DNA of 64,000 nucleotides from a bacterium (GTDB lineage: Bacteria; Sysuimicrobiota; Sysuimicrobiia; Sysuimicrobiales; Segetimicrobiaceae), in NCBI GenBank assembly GCA_035308905.1, contig DATGFS010000048.1, forward strand, positions 17,437 through 81,436, given 5' to 3'. Below, piece after piece: positions 48,011 to 56,475 of the stretch. The notes beneath the pieces are model-generated. The model made no database searches, was not told the DNA's origin, and worked only from the letters and a program-made list of their open reading frames with translations. The position numbers and the translations under genes are program-made. Position 1 is the stretch's first letter; each line of letters opens with the position of its first letter.

Positions 48011-48841
48011 ATGACCGAGATTGTCGACCGCCGTCCGTTCGTTGACGCGATCCGCGCGCAGCTGCGTCTCGATCCCGCGAAGACCGCCGTGCTCGCGGTG
48101 GACGTCCACCGCGGCCATCTCGACCCTGAGGTGGCAACGATGCCGGTCTCCGCCGCCGACGCGCGGCGCGTGCGCGCCGCGGTGGCGCGCCTGCTGGGCG
48201 GCGCCCGGGCGGCCGCCGTGCCGGTCGTCTACGTGCTGCTGACGTACCGGCGTACGACACCGCCGGGGCTGGAGAGCATGGTCAACCCGTTCTGGAAAGC
48301 GGTCGAGGCCGCGCGCGAGTCGATGACGCCGGGGCGGCGCAGCACGATCGTCCGCCATAATCAGGAAGGCTCGGTGCAGACCGAGCTGCCGCCGGAACTC
48401 GCGGCCCAGCCCGGCGACTACGTGATCCGCAGCAAGAAGCGGCTCAGCGCGTTCTACGGCACCGACCTCGAGACGCTGCTGCGGGCGCTCGGGACGGAGA
48501 CCGTGGTGATTTGCGGCATCAACACCAACACCTGCGTGCTCTGCACGGCGTTCGACGCCTTCAACCGCGATCTGCGGGTCGTCGTCGCCGCGGACGGGGT
48601 CGCCAGCATGTACGGCGACGACCTGCACGTGCTCGGCCTGGAGAACATTCAGCGCTGCCTCGGCTGGGTGCTCCCGGTGGAGAAGATCCTCGCGCAGTTC
48701 GGCGGAACGGTCGCCTCACGCGGCGTGCCCAAGACCGGCGCGGCGGAACGCTCCGGCTCACGCCGTAGGCCTGCGCCGGCGTCGCCCCGCTCGCCCGGCA
48801 CCAGCCGGCGGAAGGCGCCGGCGTCGCACCGGTCACGGTGA
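48011..48841 (+). CDS. Isochorismatase-family cysteine hydrolase with a basic low-complexity tail
   Basis: Asp-Lys-Cys triad AVDVH, SKKR.SAF, GINTNTCV; D..ASM. Confidence 0.9.
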   Translation: MTEIVDRRPFVDAIRAQLRLDPAKTAVLAVDVHRGHLDPEVATMPVSAADARRVRAAVARLLGGARAAAVPVVYVLLTYRRTTPPGLESMVNPFWKAVEAARESMTPGRRSTIVRHNQEGSVQTELPPELAAQPGDYVIRSKKRLSAFYGTDLETLLRALGTETVVICGINTNTCVLCTAFDAFNRDLRVVVAADGVASMYGDDLHVLGLENIQRCLGWVLPVEKILAQFGGTVASRGVPKTGAAERSGSRRRPAPASPRSPGTSRRKAPASHRSR

Positions 48842-49869
48842 AGGCGCAGCTCCTCGACGCCTGGGGCGGACCGCTCCGGTACGGCGAGCACCGCGATCCG
48901 GCCGCCGGGCCGGGCGAGGTCCTCGTCGCGGTCCGCGCGTGCGGCGTCGGCTTGACCGTCGTGAACTACATGGGCGGCAGTCTCGGCCGGCCCGAGTCCC
49001 TGCCGCGGGTGCCCGGACACGAGTTCACCGGCGTCGTCGTCGAGGCCGGACCGGGCGTGACCGGCCTGCGTCCGGGGGACCGCGTGATGAGCTACTTCTA
49101 CCTGACGTGCGGCCGCTGTGAGTGGTGTCGGGCCGGCCGCGAACCTCTCTGCCGGAGCCACGGCGGGTACGTCGGCGTGCACCGCGACGGCGGCTACGCG
49201 GAGCTGGTCGCGCTGCCCGAGGCCAACGTGCTGCCGCTGCCGGACGGCGTGCCGTTTGTCGGCGGCACGGTGATCCCGGACGCGGTCGCGACCCCCTACC
49301 ATGTGTGCGCGTCCCGGGCGGCGGTCCGGCCCGGCGACCGCGTGCTCGTCGTCGGCGCCGCGGGCGGCGTCGGCATCCACATGACGCAGATGGCGCGGCT
49401 GTTCGGTGGGCGCGTCGTGGCCGTGGACGTCGACGACGGGAAGCTGGAGCACTGCCGGCGCTTCGGCGCGGACGCGACGGTGAACATCACGGCGCCGGAC
49501 GCGCACGACCGGGCGCGGGCGGCGTTGGACGACGGCGCCACGGTGGCGATCGACCTGGTCGGCAGCCGCGAGACTCTCGCGTGGACGTTTGGACTGCTCG
49601 GCCCGGCGGCCCGCATGATCATGCTGACGACGTTCGAAGGGGCCGGCCTCGACGTGGCGCCGCGTCAGATGGTGATGGGCGAGCTCACGCTGCTCGGATC
49701 GCGCTACTGCTCCCGGGCGGAGGTGCTCGCGGCGGCGCGGCTGGTCCGCCACGGGCAGATCACGCCGGTCGTCTCCGAGGTGCGGCCGCTCGAGGACGTC
49801 GAGGATCTTCACGGCCGGCTGCGTGCCCGCTCGCTGTTCGGGCGCGGCGCGGTCATGATGGAAGCCTAG
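48838..49869 (+). CDS. MDR alcohol dehydrogenase-like protein with degenerate catalytic Zn site
   Basis: GHE and structural Zn CGRCEWC..G.E.LC present, but ACGVGLTV replaces the usual CGVCxxD. Confidence 0.85.
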   Translation: MKAQLLDAWGGPLRYGEHRDPAAGPGEVLVAVRACGVGLTVVNYMGGSLGRPESLPRVPGHEFTGVVVEAGPGVTGLRPGDRVMSYFYLTCGRCEWCRAGREPLCRSHGGYVGVHRDGGYAELVALPEANVLPLPDGVPFVGGTVIPDAVATPYHVCASRAAVRPGDRVLVVGAAGGVGIHMTQMARLFGGRVVAVDVDDGKLEHCRRFGADATVNITAPDAHDRARAALDDGATVAIDLVGSRETLAWTFGLLGPAARMIMLTTFEGAGLDVAPRQMVMGELTLLGSRYCSRAEVLAAARLVRHGQITPVVSEVRPLEDVEDLHGRLRARSLFGRGAVMMEA

Positions 49870-49881
49870 GCGGAGGGACCC

Positions 49882-50979
49882 ATGCGGGCGATGGCGGTCG
49901 TAGAATACGGCGCGCCGCTGCGGCTCCTCGATCTGCCGCGGCCGGCGCCCGGTCCGGGACAGGTGCTGGTGCGGGTGCTCGGCTGCGGAGTCTGCCGGTC
50001 GGATCTCAAGATCGCCGACGGGGCGATGCCGTTCTCGTCCTCGCTCCGCCTGCCCCACGTGCCCGGGCATGAGATCGCGGGCGAGATCGTCGGGTTCGGA
50101 CCGCCGGAGCCGACCGGGGCTACCGGGACGGGGGGCGCCGGCGGCGGGGCCGCCGCGCCCGGCCGTGGCGGTCTGCGGACCGGCGATCGCGTCGTCGTCT
50201 ACAATTACTGGGGCTGCCGGACCTGTCCGCACTGCCAGGCCGGCGAAGAAAATCTCTGCGAGCGCCTCCGCGGATGGACGGGGTTCACGTCGCCCGGCGG
50301 CTTTCAGGAGTATCTCGTCGTGCCGGAGGACTGCGTGCTCCCCTTGCCGCCGAACGTGCCGCCCGAGCACGGCGGCCCGCTGTCGTGCGCGCTCGGGACG
50401 GCCTACCACGCAGTGGTCACGCAGGGCGCCGTGCGCGCCGGCGAGAGCGTGGCGATCCTCGGCGCCGGTGGGGTGGGGCTGCACGCGGTCCAGGTCGTGC
50501 GCGCCGCGGGGGGGCGCGCGCTTGCGGTCGATCTCCAGCGGCACCGGTTGGACGCGGCGCGAGTGGCCGGGGCGGAGGGGGCTTTTCCCGCGGGGGCCGA
50601 CGCGGGCGGAGCGGTGCGCGAGGCGACGGGCGGCCGCGGCGCCGATATCGTCGTCGATACGGTGGGGCATCACGGATCGCTGCTCGCCGCGGCGGACCTC
50701 GTGCGGACCGGCGGGCGCGTCGTCCTCGTGGGCTATACCGTGGCCGCCGCGGACTACCCGCCGCTGCCCACCGAGCGCGTCGTGCTCGGCCAGATCACCG
50801 TGATCGGCTCGCGGTACGTGACGCGGCGCGAACTGCGCCGGGCGTTCGACCTGGTGGCGCGAGGCCTCGTGCATCCGATCGTGGCGGAAGAAGTCCCGCT
50901 CGAGCGCGCCAACGACGCGCTCGCGATGGTCCGTGAGGACCGCGTGACGGGGCGCGTGGTCGTCCGCGTGGGGCGATGA
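49882..50979 (+). CDS. Zn-dependent MDR alcohol dehydrogenase
   Basis: CGVCRSD, GHE, CRTCPHC..G.ENLC, LSCA..T, GAGGVG. Confidence 0.92.
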   Translation: MRAMAVVEYGAPLRLLDLPRPAPGPGQVLVRVLGCGVCRSDLKIADGAMPFSSSLRLPHVPGHEIAGEIVGFGPPEPTGATGTGGAGGGAAAPGRGGLRTGDRVVVYNYWGCRTCPHCQAGEENLCERLRGWTGFTSPGGFQEYLVVPEDCVLPLPPNVPPEHGGPLSCALGTAYHAVVTQGAVRAGESVAILGAGGVGLHAVQVVRAAGGRALAVDLQRHRLDAARVAGAEGAFPAGADAGGAVREATGGRGADIVVDTVGHHGSLLAAADLVRTGGRVVLVGYTVAAADYPPLPTERVVLGQITVIGSRYVTRRELRRAFDLVARGLVHPIVAEEVPLERANDALAMVREDRVTGRVVVRVGR

Positions 50980-52337
50980 TCGATCTCGCGGTGCGGGGGG
51001 CGACCGTCGTCGGTCCGCGCGGGCGGTACCGCGCCGACCTGCACGTCGACGGCGGCAGGATCGTCGCACTCGGCACGCTCGAGGTGCAGGCGCGCGAGGT
51101 CGTCGACGCCGCGGGCCTCGTCGCGATCCCCGGGGTAGTGGACACCCACGTCCACTTCATGGATCCCGGCGAGACGGAGCGGGAGGACTTCATCACCGGC
51201 AGCGCCGCGGCCGCGGTGGGCGGCACGACCACGGTCGTCGAGCACACGCACGCGGCGCCGGTGCGCACCGCGGCCGACCTCCGCGGCAAAGTGAGCCACC
51301 TCGCCGAGCGATCCCTCGTCGACTTCGCGCTGGCCGCGCACGTGTGGCCCGATCAGGTGCCGCATCTCGACGACCTCTGGGCCGCGGGGCCGGCGTACCT
51401 CAAGATCTTCACGTGCGAGACCCACGGCGTGCCGGCCGTGCCGGCCGGGCATCTGCTGCGCGCCTTCCACGACGTCGCGCGGTGGAACGGCATCGTGCTC
51501 GCGCACTGCGAGGACGATGCGATCACCCGGGACCGGGCGGAGACGCTGCGGGCGGCCGGGCGCACGGACGGCGGCGTCATCCCGGAGTGGCGCGCGCGCG
51601 AGGCAGAGGCGGTCGCGACCGACGAGGTGGCGGCGCTCGCCCGCCTCACCGGCGCGCGCGTCGTGATCGCCCACACGAGCCACGCGCCGATCGTCGATCT
51701 GATCGCGGCGGCGCGGCGGGCCGGGGCGCGGCTGTGGGTGGAGAGCTGTCCGCAGTACTTCTACCTCGAGGAGCGCGAGGTGCTCGAGCACGGCCCCTTC
51801 CGCAAGTTCACCCCGCCCGCGCGCATTCGGACGCCCGAAGACGCCGACGCGATGTGGGCGCGCCTCGCGTCCGGCGCCGTCACGCACGTCAGCACGGATC
51901 ACGCGCCGGCCACCCGGGCGCAGAAACAGCACGGGGACATCTGGGCGTGTCCGTTCGGGCTGCCGGGCGTCGAAACGACGCTCTCGCTGATGCTGACCGC
52001 GGCCGCGAACGGCCGCGTCACGCTCGAGCGGGTCGTGGACGCGCTGTGCGAGCAGCCCGCGCGGCTGTATGGATTCTATCCGCGCAAGGGGACGCTCGCC
52101 CCCGGGGCCGACGCCGACATTACGCTCGTCGACCCCGCCCGCCGGCGGCGGCTCGCCGACGCCGGCGTCGTCAGCAAGGCGGGGTGGACGCCGTACGCGG
52201 GCCGCGACGTGACCGGCGCCCCGGTGATGACGTTCGTGCGCGGCCGCCTGGTCGCGCGGGACGGACGGCCGGTCGCGGAACCCGGGTGGGGGCGGTGGCT
52301 GCCGGGCGCGGGCGCACGCGAGGGGGCCGCCCCGTGA
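50976..52337 (+). CDS. Cyclic amidohydrolase (dihydroorotase/allantoinase family)
   Basis: DTHVH, AAVGGTTT, YLKIF (carbamylated Lys), AHCED, AHTS, STDHAP, GLPGVET. Confidence 0.9.
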   Translation: MIDLAVRGATVVGPRGRYRADLHVDGGRIVALGTLEVQAREVVDAAGLVAIPGVVDTHVHFMDPGETEREDFITGSAAAAVGGTTTVVEHTHAAPVRTAADLRGKVSHLAERSLVDFALAAHVWPDQVPHLDDLWAAGPAYLKIFTCETHGVPAVPAGHLLRAFHDVARWNGIVLAHCEDDAITRDRAETLRAAGRTDGGVIPEWRAREAEAVATDEVAALARLTGARVVIAHTSHAPIVDLIAAARRAGARLWVESCPQYFYLEEREVLEHGPFRKFTPPARIRTPEDADAMWARLASGAVTHVSTDHAPATRAQKQHGDIWACPFGLPGVETTLSLMLTAAANGRVTLERVVDALCEQPARLYGFYPRKGTLAPGADADITLVDPARRRRLADAGVVSKAGWTPYAGRDVTGAPVMTFVRGRLVARDGRPVAEPGWGRWLPGAGAREGAAP

Positions 52338-52945
52338 GCCTCGACTTTCTCGTCACATCGCTGATCGTGGTCGTGTCGCCCGGCACCGGGGTGCTGTATA
52401 CGCTGGCGGCCGGCCTGTCGCGCGGCTCACGCGCAAGCGTCGTCGCCGCGTTCGGCTGCACGCTGGGCATCGTCCCGCACATGGCCGCGGCGATCATGGG
52501 GCTGGCGGCGCTCCTGCACGCGAGCGCCGTGGCCTTCCAGGCCCTCAAGTATCTGGGCGTGATCTATCTACTGTATATGGCCTGGAGCGCGCTGCGGGAT
52601 CGGGGCGCGCTCCGCGTAGAGGAGACGCCCGGCGCCCGCTCGGCGGCGCAGGTGATCGTCACCGCGATCCTGATCAACATTCTCAATCCGAAGCTGTCGA
52701 TCTTCTTCTTCGCCTTCCTGCCGCAGTTCGTGAGCGCCAGCGAGCCGCACGCGCTCTCGCGAATGCTGGAGATGAGCGCCGTGTTCATGCTGCTGACGTT
52801 TGTCGTCTTCGTGGGATACGGGCTGTTCGCCGCGTCGGTCCGCAGGCACGTCATCTCGCGTCCCCGCGTGTTGACGTGGATGCGGCGCACGTTCGCCGGC
52901 GCGTTTGTCGCGCTCGGCATCAAACTCGCGTTCGCCGATCGCTAA
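52334..52945 (+). CDS. LysE/RhtB family translocator
   Basis: VSPG.G, LKYLG..YL.Y, NILNPK..IFF.AFLPQF. Confidence 0.93.
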   Translation: MSLDFLVTSLIVVVSPGTGVLYTLAAGLSRGSRASVVAAFGCTLGIVPHMAAAIMGLAALLHASAVAFQALKYLGVIYLLYMAWSALRDRGALRVEETPGARSAAQVIVTAILINILNPKLSIFFFAFLPQFVSASEPHALSRMLEMSAVFMLLTFVVFVGYGLFAASVRRHVISRPRVLTWMRRTFAGAFVALGIKLAFADR

Positions 52946-54204
52946 CCCGGCAGTTCGCTCAGGCGCTTTTGCAGAAACCGCCGCTCCGGCTCCTGCCCCA
53001 CGAGCGCGAGGGCTCGAGTATACGACGCGCGGGCGTCCGCGGTTCTGCCCAGCCGCCGGCAGAGGTCCGCGCGCGCCGCGTGCGCGAGATGGTAGTCGCC
53101 GAGGTCCCCGCGCGCCAGCAGGGCGTCGATGAGCGCCAGTCCGGCCGCGGGGCCTTCGCGCATCGCCACGGCCGCGGCGCGGTTCAGTTCCACGACCGGC
53201 GACGGATACGCGGCCTGCAGCACGTCGTAGAACCCGACGATGCGGCCCCAATCGGTCGCCGAGGCGGACGGCGCTTCCGCGTGCACCGCCGCGATCGCCG
53301 CCTGAAGCGTGTAGGGGCCGACGCGCCGCGACGCCAGGGCCCGTTCCACGAGGGCCACTCCCTCGGCGATCTGCTCCCGGTTCCAGAGCGAGCGGTCTTG
53401 ATCGTCGAGCAGCACCAGCTCGCCCGACGGTGAGGTGCGCGCCGCGCGGCGCGACTCGTGCAGCAGCATCAGCGCGAGCAGCCCCATCACCTCGGGCTCC
53501 GGCAGCAATTCTAAGATTAGGCGGCCGAGACGGGTCGCTTCGGCGGAGAGGTCCGCCCGCACGAGCGACGGACCGGCCGACGGAGCGTACCCTTCGGTGA
53601 ACACGAGGTAGACGACGCGCAGCACGCTGTCCAGGCGGGCGGGCAGATCCTCCTTCGGCGGCACCTGGTAGGGGATCCGCGCGTCGCGGATCTTCCGTTT
53701 GGCGCGGACGATGCGCTGCGCCATCGTGGGGGCCCCGGCGAGGAAGGCGCGCGCGATCTCCTCGGTTGTAAGTCCGCAGACCTCGCGCAGCGTGAGCGCC
53801 GCCTGCGCCTCCGGCGCGAGCGCAGGGTGGCAGCACGTGAAGATCAGCCGGAGCCGGTCGTCCTCGAGCTCGCCGTGCTCCCGTCCGGCCGCGTCGGCGG
53901 CGCCGAGTTCGAGGTCCTCGGCGATCTTGACGAGCGACGCGTCGAACCGCGCCCGCCGGCGCAGCGTATCGACCCCCTTGAAGCGGCCCGTCGAGACGAG
54001 CCACGCGCGCGGGTTGGCCGGCACGCCGTCGCGGGGCCACTGCTCGACCGCCGCGGTGAAGGCGTCGTGCATCGCTTCCTCGGCGAGGTCGAAGTCGCCC
54101 AGCAACCGGATCAGGGTGGCGAGGACGCGCCGCGACTCGGCGCGGTACACCATATCGACCGCCTCACGCGCCTGTTCGGCAGAGTTTCCACTGTGCGGCT
54201 TCAT
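52942..54204 (-). CDS. ECF42-type sigma factor with C-terminal TPR extension
   Basis: VLATLIRLLGDFDLAEEA, DDRLRLIFTCCHPAL, ALTLR..CGLTT.EIARAF, QDR.LW, PY.LQAAIAA.H, LNRA.A; adjacent DGPF genes. Confidence 0.92.
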   Translation of the reverse strand: MKPHSGNSAEQAREAVDMVYRAESRRVLATLIRLLGDFDLAEEAMHDAFTAAVEQWPRDGVPANPRAWLVSTGRFKGVDTLRRRARFDASLVKIAEDLELGAADAAGREHGELEDDRLRLIFTCCHPALAPEAQAALTLREVCGLTTEEIARAFLAGAPTMAQRIVRAKRKIRDARIPYQVPPKEDLPARLDSVLRVVYLVFTEGYAPSAGPSLVRADLSAEATRLGRLILELLPEPEVMGLLALMLLHESRRAARTSPSGELVLLDDQDRSLWNREQIAEGVALVERALASRRVGPYTLQAAIAAVHAEAPSASATDWGRIVGFYDVLQAAYPSPVVELNRAAAVAMREGPAAGLALIDALLARGDLGDYHLAHAARADLCRRLGRTADARASYTRALALVGQEPERRFLQKRLSELPG

Positions 54205-54225
54205 CGACAGCGCAATCACGGTCCT

Positions 54226-54501
54226 TTACCCCGGCTCCTCAACCGGCCGGATCTCGATGCTGCCAAACTGGGCTTCCGGCATCCTGGCCGCGACCCGGAC
54301 GGCGTCGTTGAGGTCGCGGGCCTGGATCAGGACAACGCGGTGCAGCCGTTCCTCGGGATCGGCGGCGGGGCCTTCGGCGGCGGGGCCTTCGGCGGCGGAC
54401 AGCCTGCCGTTCCGAACCCGGACGGTCAGGGCGTCCCGGCCGTGCGCCGCCGCCCCATCAGGGTCTTTCTTCTTATTGTAAATCAGGCACGCGTATTTCA
54501 T
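54226..54501 (-). CDS. Shortened, degenerate YciI/DGPF-family protein
   Basis: MKYACLIY start and LIQARDLNDAVRVAARMP....GSIEIRPV end match DGPF proteins; central helix missing; DGPF replaced by duplicated AAEGP; GAGGGAG SD. Confidence 0.65.
   Translation of the reverse strand: MKYACLIYNKKKDPDGAAAHGRDALTVRVRNGRLSAAEGPAAEGPAADPEERLHRVVLIQARDLNDAVRVAARMPEAQFGSIEIRPVEEPG
54359..54398. repeat. 15-nt tandem repeat x2.6 inside the degenerate DGPF gene
   Basis: tcggcggcggggcct tcggcggcggggcct tcggcggcgg. Confidence 0.85.
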
Positions 54502-54535
54502 AGCTCCCTCGGATAGAAGCGGTAACCGCATACAG

Positions 54536-54564
54536 TAGTCGTTTGGAGAGGTGTCGGATCGACA
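54536..54564 (-). promoter_or_regulatory. ECF42-type promoter 1 (degenerate DGPF-sigma operon)
   Basis: Minus strand TGTCGA-N17-CGACTA. Confidence 0.75.
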
Positions 54565-54602
54565 TGCAGGGCCGGCCCAGGCCGGCGGTAGGCCGGCGGG
54601 CA

Positions 54603-54630
54603 TGTCGATTTCGCGCCGCGCGTACGACTA
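54603..54630 (+). promoter_or_regulatory. ECF42-type promoter 2 (doxX-PNPOx-like genes)
   Basis: TGTCGA-N16-CGACTA (CGTACGACTA). Confidence 0.75.
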
Positions 54631-54682
54631 TAGAGTGGAAGAAGAACGGAGAGGAGCTTCTGAAGAAGGGGTGCGTGCCGGC

Positions 54683-54993
54683 ATGTGGACCCGGTACCTG
54701 GTGCCGCTGGGCCGCGTAGCGTTTGCCGCGGTCTTCATCGTGTTCACGCCGCCCGATTTCACGCCGCAGGGCATCGCCGAGGCCGCGCAACAAGGGGTGC
54801 CGCTGGCGCCGGTCTTGGTGCCGCTGGCCGGTCTGATCGCGCTGGCCGGCGGGGCGAGCGTCATTTTGGGGCGCAGTTTGGGTTCTTTCTGGCCAACACA
54901 TCGAGGATCGGCACCGCGCTGCTCATCGCGTATTTCGGGGCGGGGCCGTTCAGCCTCGACGAGCGCGCCGCGGCGCCGCGGCCAAAGGACTGA
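54683..54993 (+). pseudogene. DoxX family membrane protein, frameshifted with internal deletion
   Basis: MWTRYLVPLGRVAFA.VF...GVPLA.VLVPLAGLIALAGG.SVILG in one frame; FLAN.S.IG.ALLIAYFGAGPFSLD in another frame; break near 54870. Confidence 0.75.
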
Positions 54994-55020
54994 CCGGCGC
55001 CGGGCCCAAAAGCACCCGGC

Positions 55021-55611
55021 ATGGCCGACCCGATTCAGGAGATCGTGCAGGAACGCGAGCGGGCACGGGAGCGCGGCGATCCGCTCGCCGAGGTGTGCTA
55101 CCTGGTCACCGTGGCGTCGGCCGACCGCGCGGAGGCGCGCGCCCTGACGCTCCGGGACATCACCGAACGCGGCATCGGCGTCATGGTCAACCGCACGAGT
55201 CCCAAATGGCTGCAGCTGTCGCAGACCGAGACCGCCACCGTGCTGATCCACTGGCCGAGCGTGCGGCGCCAGTACCGGATCTGGGGAACGGTCGCGCCGA
55301 TGGAGCCGGAGCGGGTCGACGCGTACTGGCGGCGCAAGACCCACGGCTCCAAGCTGCTGGAGTACTACTATACGGAATTCCAGCCCCAGAGCGGGACGAT
55401 CGCCTCGCGCGAGGAGTTTCTGGCGGGGATCGAGGCGCTGCGCCGGCGCTATCCGAACCTCGACGCCGTGCCGCCGCCGCCCAGTCTGGCGGGGATCTAC
55501 GTGGTGCCCCGCGAGATCGAGCTCTGGCACGGCTCGGAGGAGCGGCTCCACGACCGCCGGCGGTACCGCCGGTCCGGCGCGGACTGGGAGTGCACGACGC
55601 TCGTTCCGTGA
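55021..55611 (+). CDS. Pyridoxamine 5'-phosphate oxidase-like (split-barrel flavoprotein)
   Basis: CYLVT, AR.L.LRD, SPKW.QL, IHWP...RQYRI.G, YW..K, P.EIELW.G...RLHDR. Confidence 0.78.
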   Translation: MADPIQEIVQERERARERGDPLAEVCYLVTVASADRAEARALTLRDITERGIGVMVNRTSPKWLQLSQTETATVLIHWPSVRRQYRIWGTVAPMEPERVDAYWRRKTHGSKLLEYYYTEFQPQSGTIASREEFLAGIEALRRRYPNLDAVPPPPSLAGIYVVPREIELWHGSEERLHDRRRYRRSGADWECTTLVP

Positions 55612-55640
55612 TGTCGAAAACGGCCCCGCCCGTTCGACTA
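55612..55640 (+). promoter_or_regulatory. ECF42-type promoter 3 (DGPF gene pair)
   Basis: TGTCGA-N17-CGACTA (CGTTCGACTA), upstream of GGAGGAG SD and ATG 55676. Confidence 0.78.
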
Positions 55641-55675
55641 CATGACGAACGAGACGCGCGAACGGAGGAGAACAG

Positions 55676-56104
55676 ATGCGGTTCATGATGCTGATGATCC
55701 CGAAGGGCTACGAAAAGGCGCACCCCGGCGCGGTGCCGAGCGCCGAGGCGGTCGACGCGATGATGAAGTACAACGAAGCGCTGCGGACGGCCGGCGTGCT
55801 GCTGGCGCTCGACGGGCTGCACCCGCTCTCGGCGGGCGCGCGGGTGGAGTTCTCCGGCGGCAAGCACATCGTGACGGACGGGCCGTTCATCGAGGCGCGG
55901 GAGGCTCTCGGCGGGTACTGGATGATCGACGTGCCGTCGAAGGCCGAGGCCGTCGCGTGGGCGTCGCGGTGTCCGGGAGACGACTGCACGATCGAGGTCC
56001 GTCAGGTGTTCGAGATGTCGGAGTTTCCGGAAGACGTCCAGAAGGTCGCGGCCAAGTACCCCGAAGTCGGGCGGCACGTGGAGCAGCGGAAGGAGAAGAA
56101 ATGA
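55676..56104 (+). CDS. YciI/DGPF family protein
   Basis: MRFMMLM, GLHP.S.GARV, VTDGPF.EAREALGGYW, EVRQVFE. Confidence 0.92.
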   Translation: MRFMMLMIPKGYEKAHPGAVPSAEAVDAMMKYNEALRTAGVLLALDGLHPLSAGARVEFSGGKHIVTDGPFIEAREALGGYWMIDVPSKAEAVAWASRCPGDDCTIEVRQVFEMSEFPEDVQKVAAKYPEVGRHVEQRKEKK

Positions 56105-56457
56105 AGTACATGCTTTTGGTCTACGGGAACGAACAGGCCTGGGATGAGGCCGAGCGAGAGCAGTGCTATAAGGATTCCGCGCAGGTGGCGCACGATCTCA
56201 GAGCGGCCGGCCTGGACGCCGTCGCCGCCCCCCTGCATCCGGTCGCAACGGCGACGAGCGTGCGCGTGCGGGAGGGCAAGCGGTTCGTCACCGACGGACC
56301 GTTCGCGGAGACGCGCGAGCAGCTCGGCGGTTACTTCATCGTCGACGTTCGGGATCTGGACGACGCGATCGCGATCGCCGGCCGGCTCCCGAGCGCGCGC
56401 CTCGGCACGATCGAGATCCGGCCGATCATGGAGATCCCCGGCCTGCCCTCGCACTGA
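56101..56457 (+). CDS. YciI/DGPF family protein
   Basis: MKYMLLVY, LHP..TATSVR, VTDGPFAETREQLGGYF, GTIEIRPI. Confidence 0.93.
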   Translation: MKYMLLVYGNEQAWDEAEREQCYKDSAQVAHDLRAAGLDAVAAPLHPVATATSVRVREGKRFVTDGPFAETREQLGGYFIVDVRDLDDAIAIAGRLPSARLGTIEIRPIMEIPGLPSH

Positions 56458-56475
56458 GCGGAGCGGCGGCGGCGG

